DNA of 19,947 bases from Candidatus Eiseniibacteriota bacterium (GTDB lineage Bacteria > ARS69), in contig JBQTGV010000050.1 of the NCBI GenBank assembly GCA_052390515.1, positions 1 through 19,947 on the forward strand. Reading direction: 5' to 3'. How positions within the stretch are numbered: the stretch's first letter is position 1; each line of letters opens with the position of its first letter. Of this stretch, positions 1-9,190 are shown piece after piece. Below the pieces are notes generated by a model. The model had not been told where the DNA came from. It ran no database searches and was given only the letters and a program-made list of their open reading frames with translations. Both the position numbers and the translations under genes were made by a program.

Positions 1-1184
1 CAAGGCCCCGACCCCAGCGCGATGAGCTCGCGGAAGAGCGGCTCGGCCGCGGCCACGTCGCGCCGTCCGTCGCGCAGGATCCGCCCGGTCTCCAGCCGCG
101 CGGCGAGCCCGTAGTCGGTCTCGGCGAACTCGGCCGTGAGGCGACCGTACGCCGCGAGCGCCGCGTCCCAGTTCGAGAGCGCCGCCCAGCTCCGCGCGAT
201 CTCGGTGAGCGCGGCCGGAACGAGACGCGCGTCCCCGGGCCGCTCCACCAGGTGCTCGAACACGCGGATCGCCGCGGTGTGCTTGCCGTCGGTCTGGCAG
301 CGCTTGCCGAACGACAACAGCGAACCGAACTGCCCGGGGACCTCGTCGGCGATGCGGAAGTAGTGCTCTCCGGCGCGCTCGTGATCGCCGGCCTCGAGGT
401 ACAGGTCGCCGAGGAGCTTGCGGAACACCAGCGCGGACGGGTTCGCGGCCGAGCCCGGCTCCTCCTCGGCCTCCGGCCCGCTCGGACCGCCTGCGGCGAG
501 CCACTGCTCGACGCGCCCGATCACGGCTCCGAGACCATCCTCGGTCTCCCCCATGCGCAGGAGCCGGCCTTCCACGTAGGACAGGGCGGTCGGGCGCTCC
601 TTCAGGAAGCGCAGGTACTCCGCCGTCGCCTGGGTGAAGTCGAACTGCAGCTCGTGCAGCTCGGCCTTCTGTTGCGTGAAGCGTCCCGGATGGACGGCCT
701 CCGCCTCCACGTACACGGCCAGCGCCTCGTCGAGCATGCGGCTACGCTTCATCAGCTCGGTGACCATCGAGTAGGCGCCCGCGGATCCGCCCTGCACCTC
801 CAGGATCCGCCGCCACCAGCGCACCGCTTCCTCGCGCTCGCCGCGCTGTGCCGCGACCGTCCCCAGCTCGGAGAGCAGCGCGGGATCGTCCGGGTCGCGC
901 GCGAGCTCCCGCTCCAGGATGACGGCGAGCTCGTCGTGCAGCTTCAGCTCCAGGAGACACTCCTTCAGGCCGCGCGTGATGCGAGGGTCGCCGGGGTCCG
1001 CCTCGTAGATCTCCCGGTAGAGCGCCAGCGCTTCCTCGAAGCGCCGCTCCCGTTGCAGCTCGGTCGCCAGGTGCAGGCGGGACCGCACCACGGACTGGGG
1101 CGAGGCCGGAGGCTGAGCGCTCACGCCCTCCGGCGCGGCCCACGCGGAGAAGAGCACGACGAGACCGAGCAGAACGCGGCTCAA
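1..1184 (-). CDS. Exported tetratricopeptide-repeat (TPR) protein; C-terminus runs off the left edge
   Basis: Absent from the ORF track because it has no stop in the window; translated by hand. TTG at 1184-1182 overlaps the TGA of the upstream gene (TTGA), with GAGG upstream. Reads MSRVLLGLVVLFSAWAAPEGVSAQ (signal-peptide-like), then TPR-like helices such as RFEEALALYREIYEADPGD, LLSELGTVAAQRGEREEAVRWWRRIL and LLGDLYLEAGDHERAGEHY. The frame is open to the window edge. Confidence 0.85.
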   Translation of the reverse strand, partial: MSRVLLGLVVLFSAWAAPEGVSAQPPASPQSVVRSRLHLATELQRERRFEEALALYREIYEADPGDPRITRGLKECLLELKLHDELAVILERELARDPDDPALLSELGTVAAQRGEREEAVRWWRRILEVQGGSAGAYSMVTELMKRSRMLDEALAVYVEAEAVHPGRFTQQKAELHELQFDFTQATAEYLRFLKERPTALSYVEGRLLRMGETEDGLGAVIGRVEQWLAAGGPSGPEAEEEPGSAANPSALVFRKLLGDLYLEAGDHERAGEHYFRIADEVPGQFGSLLSFGKRCQTDGKHTAAIRVFEHLVERPGDARLVPAALTEIARSWAALSNWDAALAAYGRLTAEFAETDYGLAARLETGRILRDGRRDVAAAEPLFRELIALGSGP

Positions 1185-3862
1185 CTCGGCGCCTCGAGAC
1201 CCAGCTCGCGCGCCTTGGCCTCCAGATCCTTGGTCCATGGCTCGCCCTTCGCCCGGCCGAGGCTCCGCGCGAGATAGGTCTTCGCCTCGTTCTGCCGGCC
1301 CAGCGTCATGAGCACCACTCCGATGTGATAGTCGTTCTCGGCCAGCATGGAGACGTCGTCCAGCGGCAGCTCGCGCTCCGACTCCTGCAGCAGTCCGAGC
1401 GCGCCCTGTGCGTCTCCCCGGCGGAACCGGACCCAGCCGAGCGTGTCCTTCCAGTATGCGGCGAGCCCGGGATCCAGCTCGAGCGCCTCACGGGCGAGCG
1501 TCTCCGCGGTCGAAAGGCTGTCCCCGGAGATGGCGAAGACGTAAGCCAGCGCGTTCCTCCCCGCGGCGCTCTCCGGATCGAGCGCGAGCACCCGCCGGAA
1601 GGCCTCCGCCGACTCCTCCACCCGACCCAGGCGAAGCAGGCCGTAACCGAGACCGTACGCAGCCTCCAGGCTCTCCGTCGAGCCCTGGTAGACCTCGCGG
1701 TACAGCTCCGCCGCGCGCTGCGCGTCGCCACGCTCCAGGTACCTTTCGGCGAGTTGCAGGGTTCCCTGGACCGTCGCCGGCTCGACCGCCCGCCGGGCCT
1801 CGAGAAGCCCCGCTTCGCCCCCGATCTCGATTCCGCGTCTCACCGCATCGCGGAGCTGGACCGCCGGACCGAAGTCCCCCTCGAGCTCGAGGGCCTTCCC
1901 GGCGGACTGCTCCGCCTCCTCCAGCCGCCCGGCCAGCACGAGTTCGATCCCGCGGTTCAGCCACACTTCGGCGTACTTCGTGCCCTGCTCGACGATGCGG
2001 TCGAACCACTCGATCGACTCCTCCACGCGATCGGTGCGCGCGCACAGGATGGCCATGTTGTACAGCGCGTCCTCGTCGTCCGGCTCCAGCGCGAGGGACT
2101 CGAGGAAGCGCGCCTCCGCGGTCGCGGTGTCGCCGAGGAGCAGGTGCTCGAGTCCGAGGTTGCGCAGCAGCGCGGGGATCTCCCGCCCGACCTCCGCCGC
2201 GGCGCGCAGCCTGGCATCGGCCTCCTGCGGGCGCCCCATGCGGGAGAGCCAGCGGCCCTCGCGGAAGAGCACCGCGCCGGCCAGGTGGGACTCCAGATAG
2301 TCCTGCGGATCGATCGGCGGCATCTCCAGCAGCGAGTGCCGCACCGGAGCCGGCGCCTCGCCGGGGCGCAGCAGCTGCGCGACGAGGCCCGCGGGCATCA
2401 TGCGGCATCCGCCGAACATCTCGAGTCCGAACTCCTCGGTGGAAAAGACCGGCAGGTCCTGCCGGGAGAGCGCCAGCTCCACCTCGCGCGCGGGCGCCTT
2501 CGCTTCGCGCTCCACCCTCGACATCGCCGGGAAGTCCTCCCCGTACGCCTCGAGGAAGAGGTTCAGCGTCCGGTCGGCCAGCGTCACGTCGGGGCGAAGA
2601 CCCGCGACGCGCTGGAAGTAGGCGAGCAGGAAGACCGCGTTGTCTCCCCCCGCGTAGAGCCGGGCGTGCGACGGGAGCTCCGCGAGAATGCTCTCCGCGT
2701 ACAGCCGTCCGAGCGTGGAGCGGCTCTTGTCGCAGGCGGCGGCGTTCCGCTGCATGAGCACGGCGGGCGGCAGGACGGCGAGCAGCGCGGTGGCGAGCAC
2801 CGCGACGCGCGGCTCTCCGGCGAGCTTCCCGCGGACCAAGCGGTCGAGCGCGGCGATGCCGACGCCCGCCGCCAGGAACGCCGAGGCCACCGCCGGCCCG
2901 AAGTACACCGCGGCCACCGACCGATCCAGGAAGGTGTCCTCGAAGCGCACGGCCGCGGCCACCAAGGGACCAGTGGCGACGAACAGCAGGAGCAGGAGAG
3001 CGGCCGTCCAGCGGTCAGCCCGCAGTGCACGCGCCGCGCCGACCAGGGCGAAGGCGAGCACGAGCCCGGTCGCGCTTGCGGCCAGCAAGCCCGCGAAGAC
3101 GGAGAGCCGCAGCGCGAACGTGGTGTGCGCGGCGGCCTCGCCGAGCCCGCCGTACTGCGCGCGCGTCACGTGGTCCCAGAGATCGGAGGCGGAGCGGATG
3201 CCGCCCCACACCATCTCCGGACCGGACGCCCAGCGCACCGGGAGGTAGAGGTACGCGCTCAGCCCGAGCACGAACAGGGCGAAGGCTCCGAGCAGCCGGC
3301 GCACGGCGCCGTCCGGATGCGTGCGCGCGAGATCGATGGCGATGCACAGGACTGCCGGTCCGGCGGCGAGCACGAGCGGGTGATTCGCCGCGCCGAGCCC
3401 GAGGAGGTAGGCCGAGAGCGCGATGAGGCCGGGCCGCTGCCGCGCGGCGACTCCCGCGGCGACCACGCCCGCGAACATCAGCAGGTTCAGCGAGTACACC
3501 TCGGTGATCGTCGCCTGGGACCACACCCCGCGCGAGAGCGCGAAGGCAAGCCCGATGCCGGCGGAGACGAGCGGCCGGCCGGTCAGCGCCGCGAGGATCC
3601 AGGTGAGCAGCGCAGCGGCACCCGCGGCGAAGAGCGCGGAGCTGGCGTTGAGCGCCTCGATCGGGGAGGCCGAGGACACGAGGACGGCCACGCGGCCGCA
3701 GATCGTCCACAGCGGATAGCCGGGCTGATGCGCGATGCCGAGCGACGATGCCGCCCAGGCGAGCTCGCCCGAGTCCCCGGCATACACCGTGGGGCACAGC
3801 GTTCTCAGATAGACGGCGAAGGCACACAGCCCCACGGCGAGCGTGGCGGCGGCGTTTCTCAT
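1181..3862 (-). CDS. DUF2723/TMEM260-like GT-C glycosyltransferase (putative protein O-glycosyltransferase) with C-terminal TPR array, 893 aa
   Basis: N-terminal YLRTLCPTVYAGDSGELAWAASSLGIAHQPGYPLW matches the DUF2723/TMEM260 GDSGE...G(I/V)AHPPGYP signature. Also TEVYSLN, GLGAANH and YLYLPVR...WG. Many hydrophobic helices in the first ~370 aa and multiple TPRs in the last ~370 aa (e.g. ALYNMAILCAR, AAYGLGYGLLRLGRVEESAEAFRRVLALDP). Confidence 0.88.
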   Translation of the reverse strand: MRNAAATLAVGLCAFAVYLRTLCPTVYAGDSGELAWAASSLGIAHQPGYPLWTICGRVAVLVSSASPIEALNASSALFAAGAAALLTWILAALTGRPLVSAGIGLAFALSRGVWSQATITEVYSLNLLMFAGVVAAGVAARQRPGLIALSAYLLGLGAANHPLVLAAGPAVLCIAIDLARTHPDGAVRRLLGAFALFVLGLSAYLYLPVRWASGPEMVWGGIRSASDLWDHVTRAQYGGLGEAAAHTTFALRLSVFAGLLAASATGLVLAFALVGAARALRADRWTAALLLLLFVATGPLVAAAVRFEDTFLDRSVAAVYFGPAVASAFLAAGVGIAALDRLVRGKLAGEPRVAVLATALLAVLPPAVLMQRNAAACDKSRSTLGRLYAESILAELPSHARLYAGGDNAVFLLAYFQRVAGLRPDVTLADRTLNLFLEAYGEDFPAMSRVEREAKAPAREVELALSRQDLPVFSTEEFGLEMFGGCRMMPAGLVAQLLRPGEAPAPVRHSLLEMPPIDPQDYLESHLAGAVLFREGRWLSRMGRPQEADARLRAAAEVGREIPALLRNLGLEHLLLGDTATAEARFLESLALEPDDEDALYNMAILCARTDRVEESIEWFDRIVEQGTKYAEVWLNRGIELVLAGRLEEAEQSAGKALELEGDFGPAVQLRDAVRRGIEIGGEAGLLEARRAVEPATVQGTLQLAERYLERGDAQRAAELYREVYQGSTESLEAAYGLGYGLLRLGRVEESAEAFRRVLALDPESAAGRNALAYVFAISGDSLSTAETLAREALELDPGLAAYWKDTLGWVRFRRGDAQGALGLLQESERELPLDDVSMLAENDYHIGVVLMTLGRQNEAKTYLARSLGRAKGEPWTKDLEAKARELGLEAPS

Positions 3863-3875
3863 GGCGGACCCGGGC

Positions 3876-6800
3876 TCAGGGCAGATCCGGAACCGGAGCC
3901 TCGTCGGAGAGCGACCGGAAGTACCGGCGGATCAGTTCCTCGTACTTCGGAGGATAGCGGCGCTCCAGCGCCTTGAGAAGGTCCTCGCGGAGGTCGCGGT
4001 CGGGGTCGTCCAGCCCCTCGGGCAGCGCTCCGGGAGAGTCGAGGTCGGCGATCTCCTCCCCGGTGGTGGAACGCCGCTCGCGCCCGAAGTCCCGCTCGCG
4101 GATGGACCGCTGCGAGTCCAGCAGCCGCGTCAGCGCCCAGTCCTGCTCGCGGAGCGTCTCCTCGTCGAGGCGCCCCTCGCGCAGCCGCTTGGCCACCTCG
4201 TCGAGCTTCTCGGTCACCTGATCGAGGCGGCCGAGCAGGTCCTTGCCGGATCCGGCCTCGTCGAGCAGGCGCTGCAGTTCGTCCTTGAGGCGCTGCTGCT
4301 CCGCGGCGAGCGAGCGCATGCGGCCGTCGAGCCGCCGGTCCTGCCCGGAGCCGTTCTTCAACATCTCCTTCAACGCCTCGTTCAGCTTCTGCTGGTCGCC
4401 GGTCATCTCCTGCAGCTGCTGCATGAACCCCGACATGGGCATACCCGAGGCGCAGCTGCTCATGCTGCTCGCCGTCTCCAGCAGCGCGATGATCACCGCG
4501 TTCAGATCCTCGACCGCTTGGTCTCCGTCGTCCCGCGCCACCTGCACCGCGCCGTTCTCCAGGCCGTGCGCCGCTTCTTTCATGGCACGGATTCCGCCCT
4601 TCAGGCGCTCGCCGACCGCGGAACCCATCAGCGGCGTGTCCTTCGCCACCTCTTCCAGCATCTCCTCCACCCGCTCGGTCCCCTGGATGAGCAGGTGCTG
4701 CTCGTCGGCGAACGTGCGCGTCGCGGAGTTCGTGTTGCGCGGCATCTCCTCGAGATTCTTCGCCAGGCGCTCCTCGTCGCCGGAGACGGAAAGGAGGTCG
4801 CGGACGGCACGGTTGATCGCCGCCTGGTTGATCTGCGCCATGCGCATGGCCATCTGCTGCTGGCCGGAGGAGAGCTGCGTGAGCATGCGCTCCAGCTTGG
4901 TGAGCGCGTCCTCGCCCTTCTCCTGCGCCTCGGGCGAGTTTCCCTGCGACATCTCCTTCGCCGCGTCATCCATCGTCTCGGGAATCTCGCTCGACTCCAT
5001 CTTCTCGGAGAGCCCCTGCATCATCTCCTGGTCGTTGGAGTCCCGGAGCTCCTGCGTCATCTCCGCGATCTCCCGAAGCTTCTTCTCGAACGCGCGGGTC
5101 TCCTCGGCCAGCGCCTTCTCCTGCTCCGCGAGATTCTCCATGGGGTCGCGCTTCTCGGAGGGACCGCGCTTCTCCGAGGGAGACTTCTGCTCGGAGGCCG
5201 ACTCCTCGGCGCCCTCCTCGGCACCTTCCTTCTCGGCGGTCTCCTGGTCAGCGGCTTCCTGCTCGCCGCTCTTCTCGCCGGCGCTCTCCTTCTCGGCGCC
5301 CTCGTCCTCCGACTCGGAGCCGTCCTTCTCGTCGGCCTCCTCGCCCGTCTCCTCGCCGCTCTCCTCCTCGCCGGTCCGGTTCTCGTCGGCGTCCTTCCGC
5401 TCGTCGTCGGACGCGTCTTCCCGGGCCAGCTCCTCGTTCACTCGCTCCTGCTTTGCCGCGAGCTCCTCGAGCTGCCGCACCGCCGCCTTGAAGTTCTCCT
5501 CCAGGCGGAACTGCTTCAGGTTCTCGAGGATGCGGTCGAGCTGCTCGCGAAGCTCCTCCTGGGACATCTGGAACTCGGCGAGGTCCTCCTGCATGCGGCG
5601 CGGGTTGGCCTGCTCGAGCGCCTCGCGGAGCTTCTCGAGGGCCTCCTTCATCTCATCCGTCGCCACCTCGTCGAGCAGCTTGCGGATCTGCTCCATCTTC
5701 TGCACGGCCTCGAGCGTGGCGAACTCGGACTCGGCCAGCTCGCCGAGGTTGGACTCGATCTCCTCCTGCACTCGCTCGAGCTCCTCGGCCAGCTGCTCCT
5801 GCGCGGCGAGAGCGCGCTCCACTTCCTTGCGGTTCTCCCAGGAGGACTCGCCCTGCTTGAGGATCTCGCGGGAGATCTCCTCGACCTGTTTCTCCACGCG
5901 CTCGGCCTGCTCGGCGACTTCCTTCAGCTCCTCGAGCGAGGTCTCCTGCTCCTCGTCGATCTCCGCGTAGATCTCGCCCAGCGTCGGGAAGCGCAGGACG
6001 TAGTCCCGCGTGCGCGCCGTGGAAGGTCCGTCGACCGCGTTCGTGTCGGTTACCTCGAGCCGGTACACGACCGTGTCGCCGGGCAGGAGGTCGAGGGAGG
6101 CGAGACTCCACTCGAAGCGCTCGCTCACGTCGGTGACCCGGGACGGCGGGGTGAAGATGCGCAGCCGCTGCGTCTCGCCGGGCCGGCGGCTCGCTTCGAA
6201 GACGAGCTGGACCGGTCCCAGTCCGAAGTCGTCGACCGCGGAGAAGCGCAGGCCCACGCGCAGGCTCTCGTCCAGATCGCTGTCCTCGCCCGGCTCGATC
6301 AGGCGAATGAACGGCGCCTCGTCGGCGAGCGCGCGGATCCCGTAGGTGAGCGGATTCAGGTTCACGAGGCCGAGCGTGTCCTCGACGTGCAGCCGGTAAG
6401 CGTCCTGCGCGAGGATCGGCACCTCGGCGCGGAGCGGCCCGTCGTCCACCCGTGCGAGCTCCAAACGCGTGCCGCTGTCCAGCGCGAGCCACGCGGCGCG
6501 CACCTCGTTCGTGCAGCGCACCGAGAGCTCCGCGACGGTCCCTTTGACTGCCGCGAGGTCGCCGGCGCCGTCGCGCACGGAGCGGACCGGAAGACCGGTG
6601 TACTCCGGATAGCGGTAGCGGACTTCTTCGATCATCAGGCTCGGATGCGGGACGGCTTCCACCGAATGCTCGGCCGAACGCCGGCCGGCGTGCGCGAAGC
6701 GGTAGCGGAACGACTCGCGAACGTCGGAGAACCGGTGGCGGAAGCGGGCTCCGTCCTCCCGTTCGCGCTCGCCCTCGAGCTTCACTTCGGTCCACGGCGC

Positions 6801-7520
6801 CTGCTCGTTCGTGCGCCATTCGAGCACGGCTTCGGCCTCGCCGCCCGCGAGCCGGGCGTGCTCGACGACGGCGGCGAGCGTGACGTTCGTGCCGCGGGGG
6901 ATGGACACGTCGCCGGGGACGACGATGAAGGTGGCGGCCGGGCCCGGTCCGAGCTCGGCGAACGAACCGGCGAGCCGCAGCACGGAGTGCCCGGCGCGCT
7001 GCGGCCCGAGCGCGAGCGCCGCCAGCAGCGCCGTGGCGGTGCCGGCGGCGGCGATGGCAGCTCCTCGACGGAGTCGTGCGTTGTAGGGCAGCGTCGCCGG
7101 GCGAACCCGCTCGGCGATGGCGGCGGTGTCGTCCACGAACGCATCGACCAAGTCGGTGGAGTAGCCGGTGCGGCCGTCGTCGCGCACGTCGAGAACTTGC
7201 AGCGCCGGAACGAGCCGCTCTCGAAGATCCGCGGATTCCACCTCGGTCCGCCGCGCTGCCGCTTCGAGGTCCCGGAGCGCGGGCAGCAAGCGAAGGAGCG
7301 CGCGGCCGAACAGCACGGCGGGAAGCGCCACGGTCAGGGCGAAGCCTGCCGCGCGGACCGCGGCCGGCAGCGGAACGATGCGGTCGGCGATGACCAGGAC
7401 GGCGAGCCAAGCCACGGCGAGGCCGAACGCCCGGGCAGCGGCGGCCAGGAGCACACGCGTCACCTGGTGCGTCGAGAGACGCGCCGCCGCCGTCTTGAGC
7501 CTTCGCCCGCCCTGGGTCAT
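3876..7520 (-). CDS. DUF4175-like large membrane-anchored protein (N-terminal TM helices, beta-rich domains, long Glu/Gln-rich coiled coil), 1214 aa
   Basis: ATG preceded by GAGGAG. Three hydrophobic segments, L+ERLVxAL motif, YRYPEYTGLP...GDLAAVKGT, DEAPFIRLIEP, DDFGL, LLPGDTVVYRLEVTD, heptad-rich C-terminal half, LTRLLDSQRSIRER, and terminal YPPKYEELIRRYFRSL, all typical of this family. Confidence 0.8.
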   Translation of the reverse strand: MTQGGRRLKTAAARLSTHQVTRVLLAAAARAFGLAVAWLAVLVIADRIVPLPAAVRAAGFALTVALPAVLFGRALLRLLPALRDLEAAARRTEVESADLRERLVPALQVLDVRDDGRTGYSTDLVDAFVDDTAAIAERVRPATLPYNARLRRGAAIAAAGTATALLAALALGPQRAGHSVLRLAGSFAELGPGPAATFIVVPGDVSIPRGTNVTLAAVVEHARLAGGEAEAVLEWRTNEQAPWTEVKLEGEREREDGARFRHRFSDVRESFRYRFAHAGRRSAEHSVEAVPHPSLMIEEVRYRYPEYTGLPVRSVRDGAGDLAAVKGTVAELSVRCTNEVRAAWLALDSGTRLELARVDDGPLRAEVPILAQDAYRLHVEDTLGLVNLNPLTYGIRALADEAPFIRLIEPGEDSDLDESLRVGLRFSAVDDFGLGPVQLVFEASRRPGETQRLRIFTPPSRVTDVSERFEWSLASLDLLPGDTVVYRLEVTDTNAVDGPSTARTRDYVLRFPTLGEIYAEIDEEQETSLEELKEVAEQAERVEKQVEEISREILKQGESSWENRKEVERALAAQEQLAEELERVQEEIESNLGELAESEFATLEAVQKMEQIRKLLDEVATDEMKEALEKLREALEQANPRRMQEDLAEFQMSQEELREQLDRILENLKQFRLEENFKAAVRQLEELAAKQERVNEELAREDASDDERKDADENRTGEEESGEETGEEADEKDGSESEDEGAEKESAGEKSGEQEAADQETAEKEGAEEGAEESASEQKSPSEKRGPSEKRDPMENLAEQEKALAEETRAFEKKLREIAEMTQELRDSNDQEMMQGLSEKMESSEIPETMDDAAKEMSQGNSPEAQEKGEDALTKLERMLTQLSSGQQQMAMRMAQINQAAINRAVRDLLSVSGDEERLAKNLEEMPRNTNSATRTFADEQHLLIQGTERVEEMLEEVAKDTPLMGSAVGERLKGGIRAMKEAAHGLENGAVQVARDDGDQAVEDLNAVIIALLETASSMSSCASGMPMSGFMQQLQEMTGDQQKLNEALKEMLKNGSGQDRRLDGRMRSLAAEQQRLKDELQRLLDEAGSGKDLLGRLDQVTEKLDEVAKRLREGRLDEETLREQDWALTRLLDSQRSIRERDFGRERRSTTGEEIADLDSPGALPEGLDDPDRDLREDLLKALERRYPPKYEELIRRYFRSLSDEAPVPDLP

Positions 7521-7615
7521 CGCCTGCTCCTCTCGCCCTCTCGTCCCCTCGCCCGTCTTCGCCCTCTCGTAGCTTCGCCCCTGCTTCTGCCCCTTCTCCT
7601 GCTTCCGCCCCTTCT
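7521..7615. repeat. Pyrimidine-rich (plus strand) intergenic low-complexity tract with short direct repeats
   Basis: 18-bp tandem CCTGCTTC(T/C)GCCCCTTCT at 7580-7597 and 7598-7615; exact 12-mer TCGCCCTCTCGT at 7533-7544 and 7559-7570; only one A (7571) in 7521-7613. Confidence 0.75.
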
Positions 7616-8282
7616 AACGGGTCATCGCGTAGGCGACGACGTTGACGGCCATCCTAAGGGCCTGCTCGCGGACGTCCGGTGGGTCCTCGTGCACCTCGGG
7701 ATCCTCCAGGCCGTCCCCGATGTCCGTGTTGTAAGAGTAGAACACGACGAGGCGTCCCTCGTGAAAAATCCCGTATCCGCGCGGGGCGCCGCCGTGGTGC
7801 TCGTGGATCTTGGGGACACCCTTCGGGAAGTCGTATACGGCGTGATAAATGGGGTGATCGAAGGGGAGCTCCACGAGCTCCGCCTCCGGAAAGAGCTTGC
7901 GCAGCTCCGGCCTCAGCGACTCATCCATGCCGTAATTGTCATCGGCGAAGAGGAAGCCGCCGTGAATCAGGTACCAGCGAAGCCGCTCCGCCTCCTCCGA
8001 GGTGAAGCGGACGTTGCCGTGCCCGGTCATGTGGATGATGGGGCACGCGAACAGCTCGTCGTCCAGCGGAGCCACGCGCGCCTCCTCGATCACGACCTCC
8101 ATCCCGAGCCTGTCCTGAAGCGCCTTGGCCAGGTTCGGGAGGGAAGTGGGGTTGGCGTACCAGTCGCCGCCGCCGCCGTAATGGAGGCGACCCAGGCGGA
8201 CGGAGGCGGCGGGGCCGTCCGGCAGGGTGGCGGCCAGCAGGAACGCGGAAGCGAGAAGAGAGGTCACCACGACGGCAATCAC
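7614..8282 (-). CDS. DUF4159 family protein, probably exported, 222 aa
   Basis: Signal-like N-terminus; motifs LHYGGGGDWYANPTSLPNL, PIIHMTGHG, YLIHGGFLFADDNYG, LPFDHPIY, PKIHEH and NTDIGDGLED characteristic of DUF4159. The GTG start lacks a clear SD, so the exact start is uncertain. Confidence 0.88.
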   Translation of the reverse strand: MIAVVVTSLLASAFLLAATLPDGPAASVRLGRLHYGGGGDWYANPTSLPNLAKALQDRLGMEVVIEEARVAPLDDELFACPIIHMTGHGNVRFTSEEAERLRWYLIHGGFLFADDNYGMDESLRPELRKLFPEAELVELPFDHPIYHAVYDFPKGVPKIHEHHGGAPRGYGIFHEGRLVVFYSYNTDIGDGLEDPEVHEDPPDVREQALRMAVNVVAYAMTR

Positions 8283-8333
8283 CCCCGGAGGCGGGTGCGG
8301 TTCCCGAGAAGGTCGGCGTGGCGGCGGTGAAGG

Positions 8334-8918
8334 TCAAGTCGCGTCCCGCCCTTCAGCGAGCGCCCGACCGAGCAGGTCCCGGACCCCCAGCGACTCCGCC
8401 GCGGCACCCAGGTAGCTCGTGTCCAGGGCGGGTCCCTGGACGCGGATGATGCCCAGCGCGTCTCGCCACTGCCGATCCGAGCTCTCGCCCCCGAGCCGGT
8501 ACCAGCGGAGCTTCTGCAGGAGGATGTCCTCCGCGGTGTATACGTACAGATAGCGATCCGGGTCGCGCGAGACCTGCACGCGCTCCCGGCGGCGCAGCTG
8601 TTGAGCGTCGAGCGGCGTCCCACCGGCGACGAAGAGGTCGACCTTCGTGGAGCTCGGCTGATGAATGAGATTCGCGCTCGACTTCGCGCGGACCGCCCGT
8701 CGCAGTGCCGCAGGGTCCGCGTAGAACTCTTCGCCGAGCGCCGCGACGAACGGACCGACCTGCTCCTCGGACAAGGCGACGAGCAGATCCACGTCCAGCG
8801 TGGAGCGCGGCTCGCCGGCGATCGAACTCGCCAGCGACCCACCGACGACGTACTGCACGCCACCGCTCTCGAGGGCCGCCGCTACGCGGAGCGCGACTTG
8901 AATGGGCTCGTCGACCAA
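8334..8918 (-). CDS. Nucleotidyltransferase-fold protein (DUF1814/AbiEii/MenT-like putative toxin), ~194 aa
   Basis: C-terminal part of ORF 8334..9188; likely start TTG at 8918 just after the small upstream gene. Pol-beta-superfamily motifs [38 protein letters not shown] and SDRQWRD. Confidence 0.8.
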   Translation of the reverse strand: MVDEPIQVALRVAAALESGGVQYVVGGSLASSIAGEPRSTLDVDLLVALSEEQVGPFVAALGEEFYADPAALRRAVRAKSSANLIHQPSSTKVDLFVAGGTPLDAQQLRRRERVQVSRDPDRYLYVYTAEDILLQKLRWYRLGGESSDRQWRDALGIIRVQGPALDTSYLGAAAESLGVRDLLGRALAEGRDAT

Positions 8919-8932
8919 GGTCCCGGACCGCT

Positions 8933-9172
8933 TCAGCGAAGGGGGTCGCGCGGGTAGGCGCAGCGGTAGAGAACAGGGCCGAGCTTCAGGTGCGCGAGCC
9001 GCAGCGCGCACTCGCGCTCGGACGCTGCCGGATGGCGCCGGCGGATGCCGGCCAGCGCCAGCTCCTGAACAGTACGCGACAGACCGCCGACCAGCCGCGC
9101 CTTCTGCAGCGGCGTCATCCGCCGCCAGAGTTCGATCTGCAGGCGCGTCGCCTCGGGGGAAGTATCGTTCAT
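8933..9172 (-). CDS. Small helical protein, putative MenA1-like antitoxin, 79 aa
   Basis: ATG at 9172 with GGAG 5 nt upstream (9181-9178). [54 protein letters not shown]. Lies directly upstream of the NTase gene with a 14-bp gap. Confidence 0.75.
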   Translation of the reverse strand: MNDTSPEATRLQIELWRRMTPLQKARLVGGLSRTVQELALAGIRRRHPAASERECALRLAHLKLGPVLYRCAYPRDPLR

Positions 9173-9190
9173 GGCCACTCCGCTGCACGG

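Noticed and set aside
3843-8330. Very long plus-strand ORF (1495 aa), and similarly 252..1277, 1325..3976, 4243..5970, 9420..10733 and 16646..18925
   Set aside because: Antisense shadows of real minus-strand genes in high-GC DNA; no recognisable motifs and biased composition.
8283-8337. TTGACC -35-like box for DUF4159, and possible target-site repeats flanking the TA-like pair
   Set aside because: The matching -10 (GACCTT) is poor, flanking similarities are only short GC-rich words, and there is no integrase or transposase.
8919-9188. 90-aa N-terminal extension of the NTase ORF
   Set aside because: Overlaps the better-supported 79-aa gene in another frame and looks like low-complexity off-frame translation.
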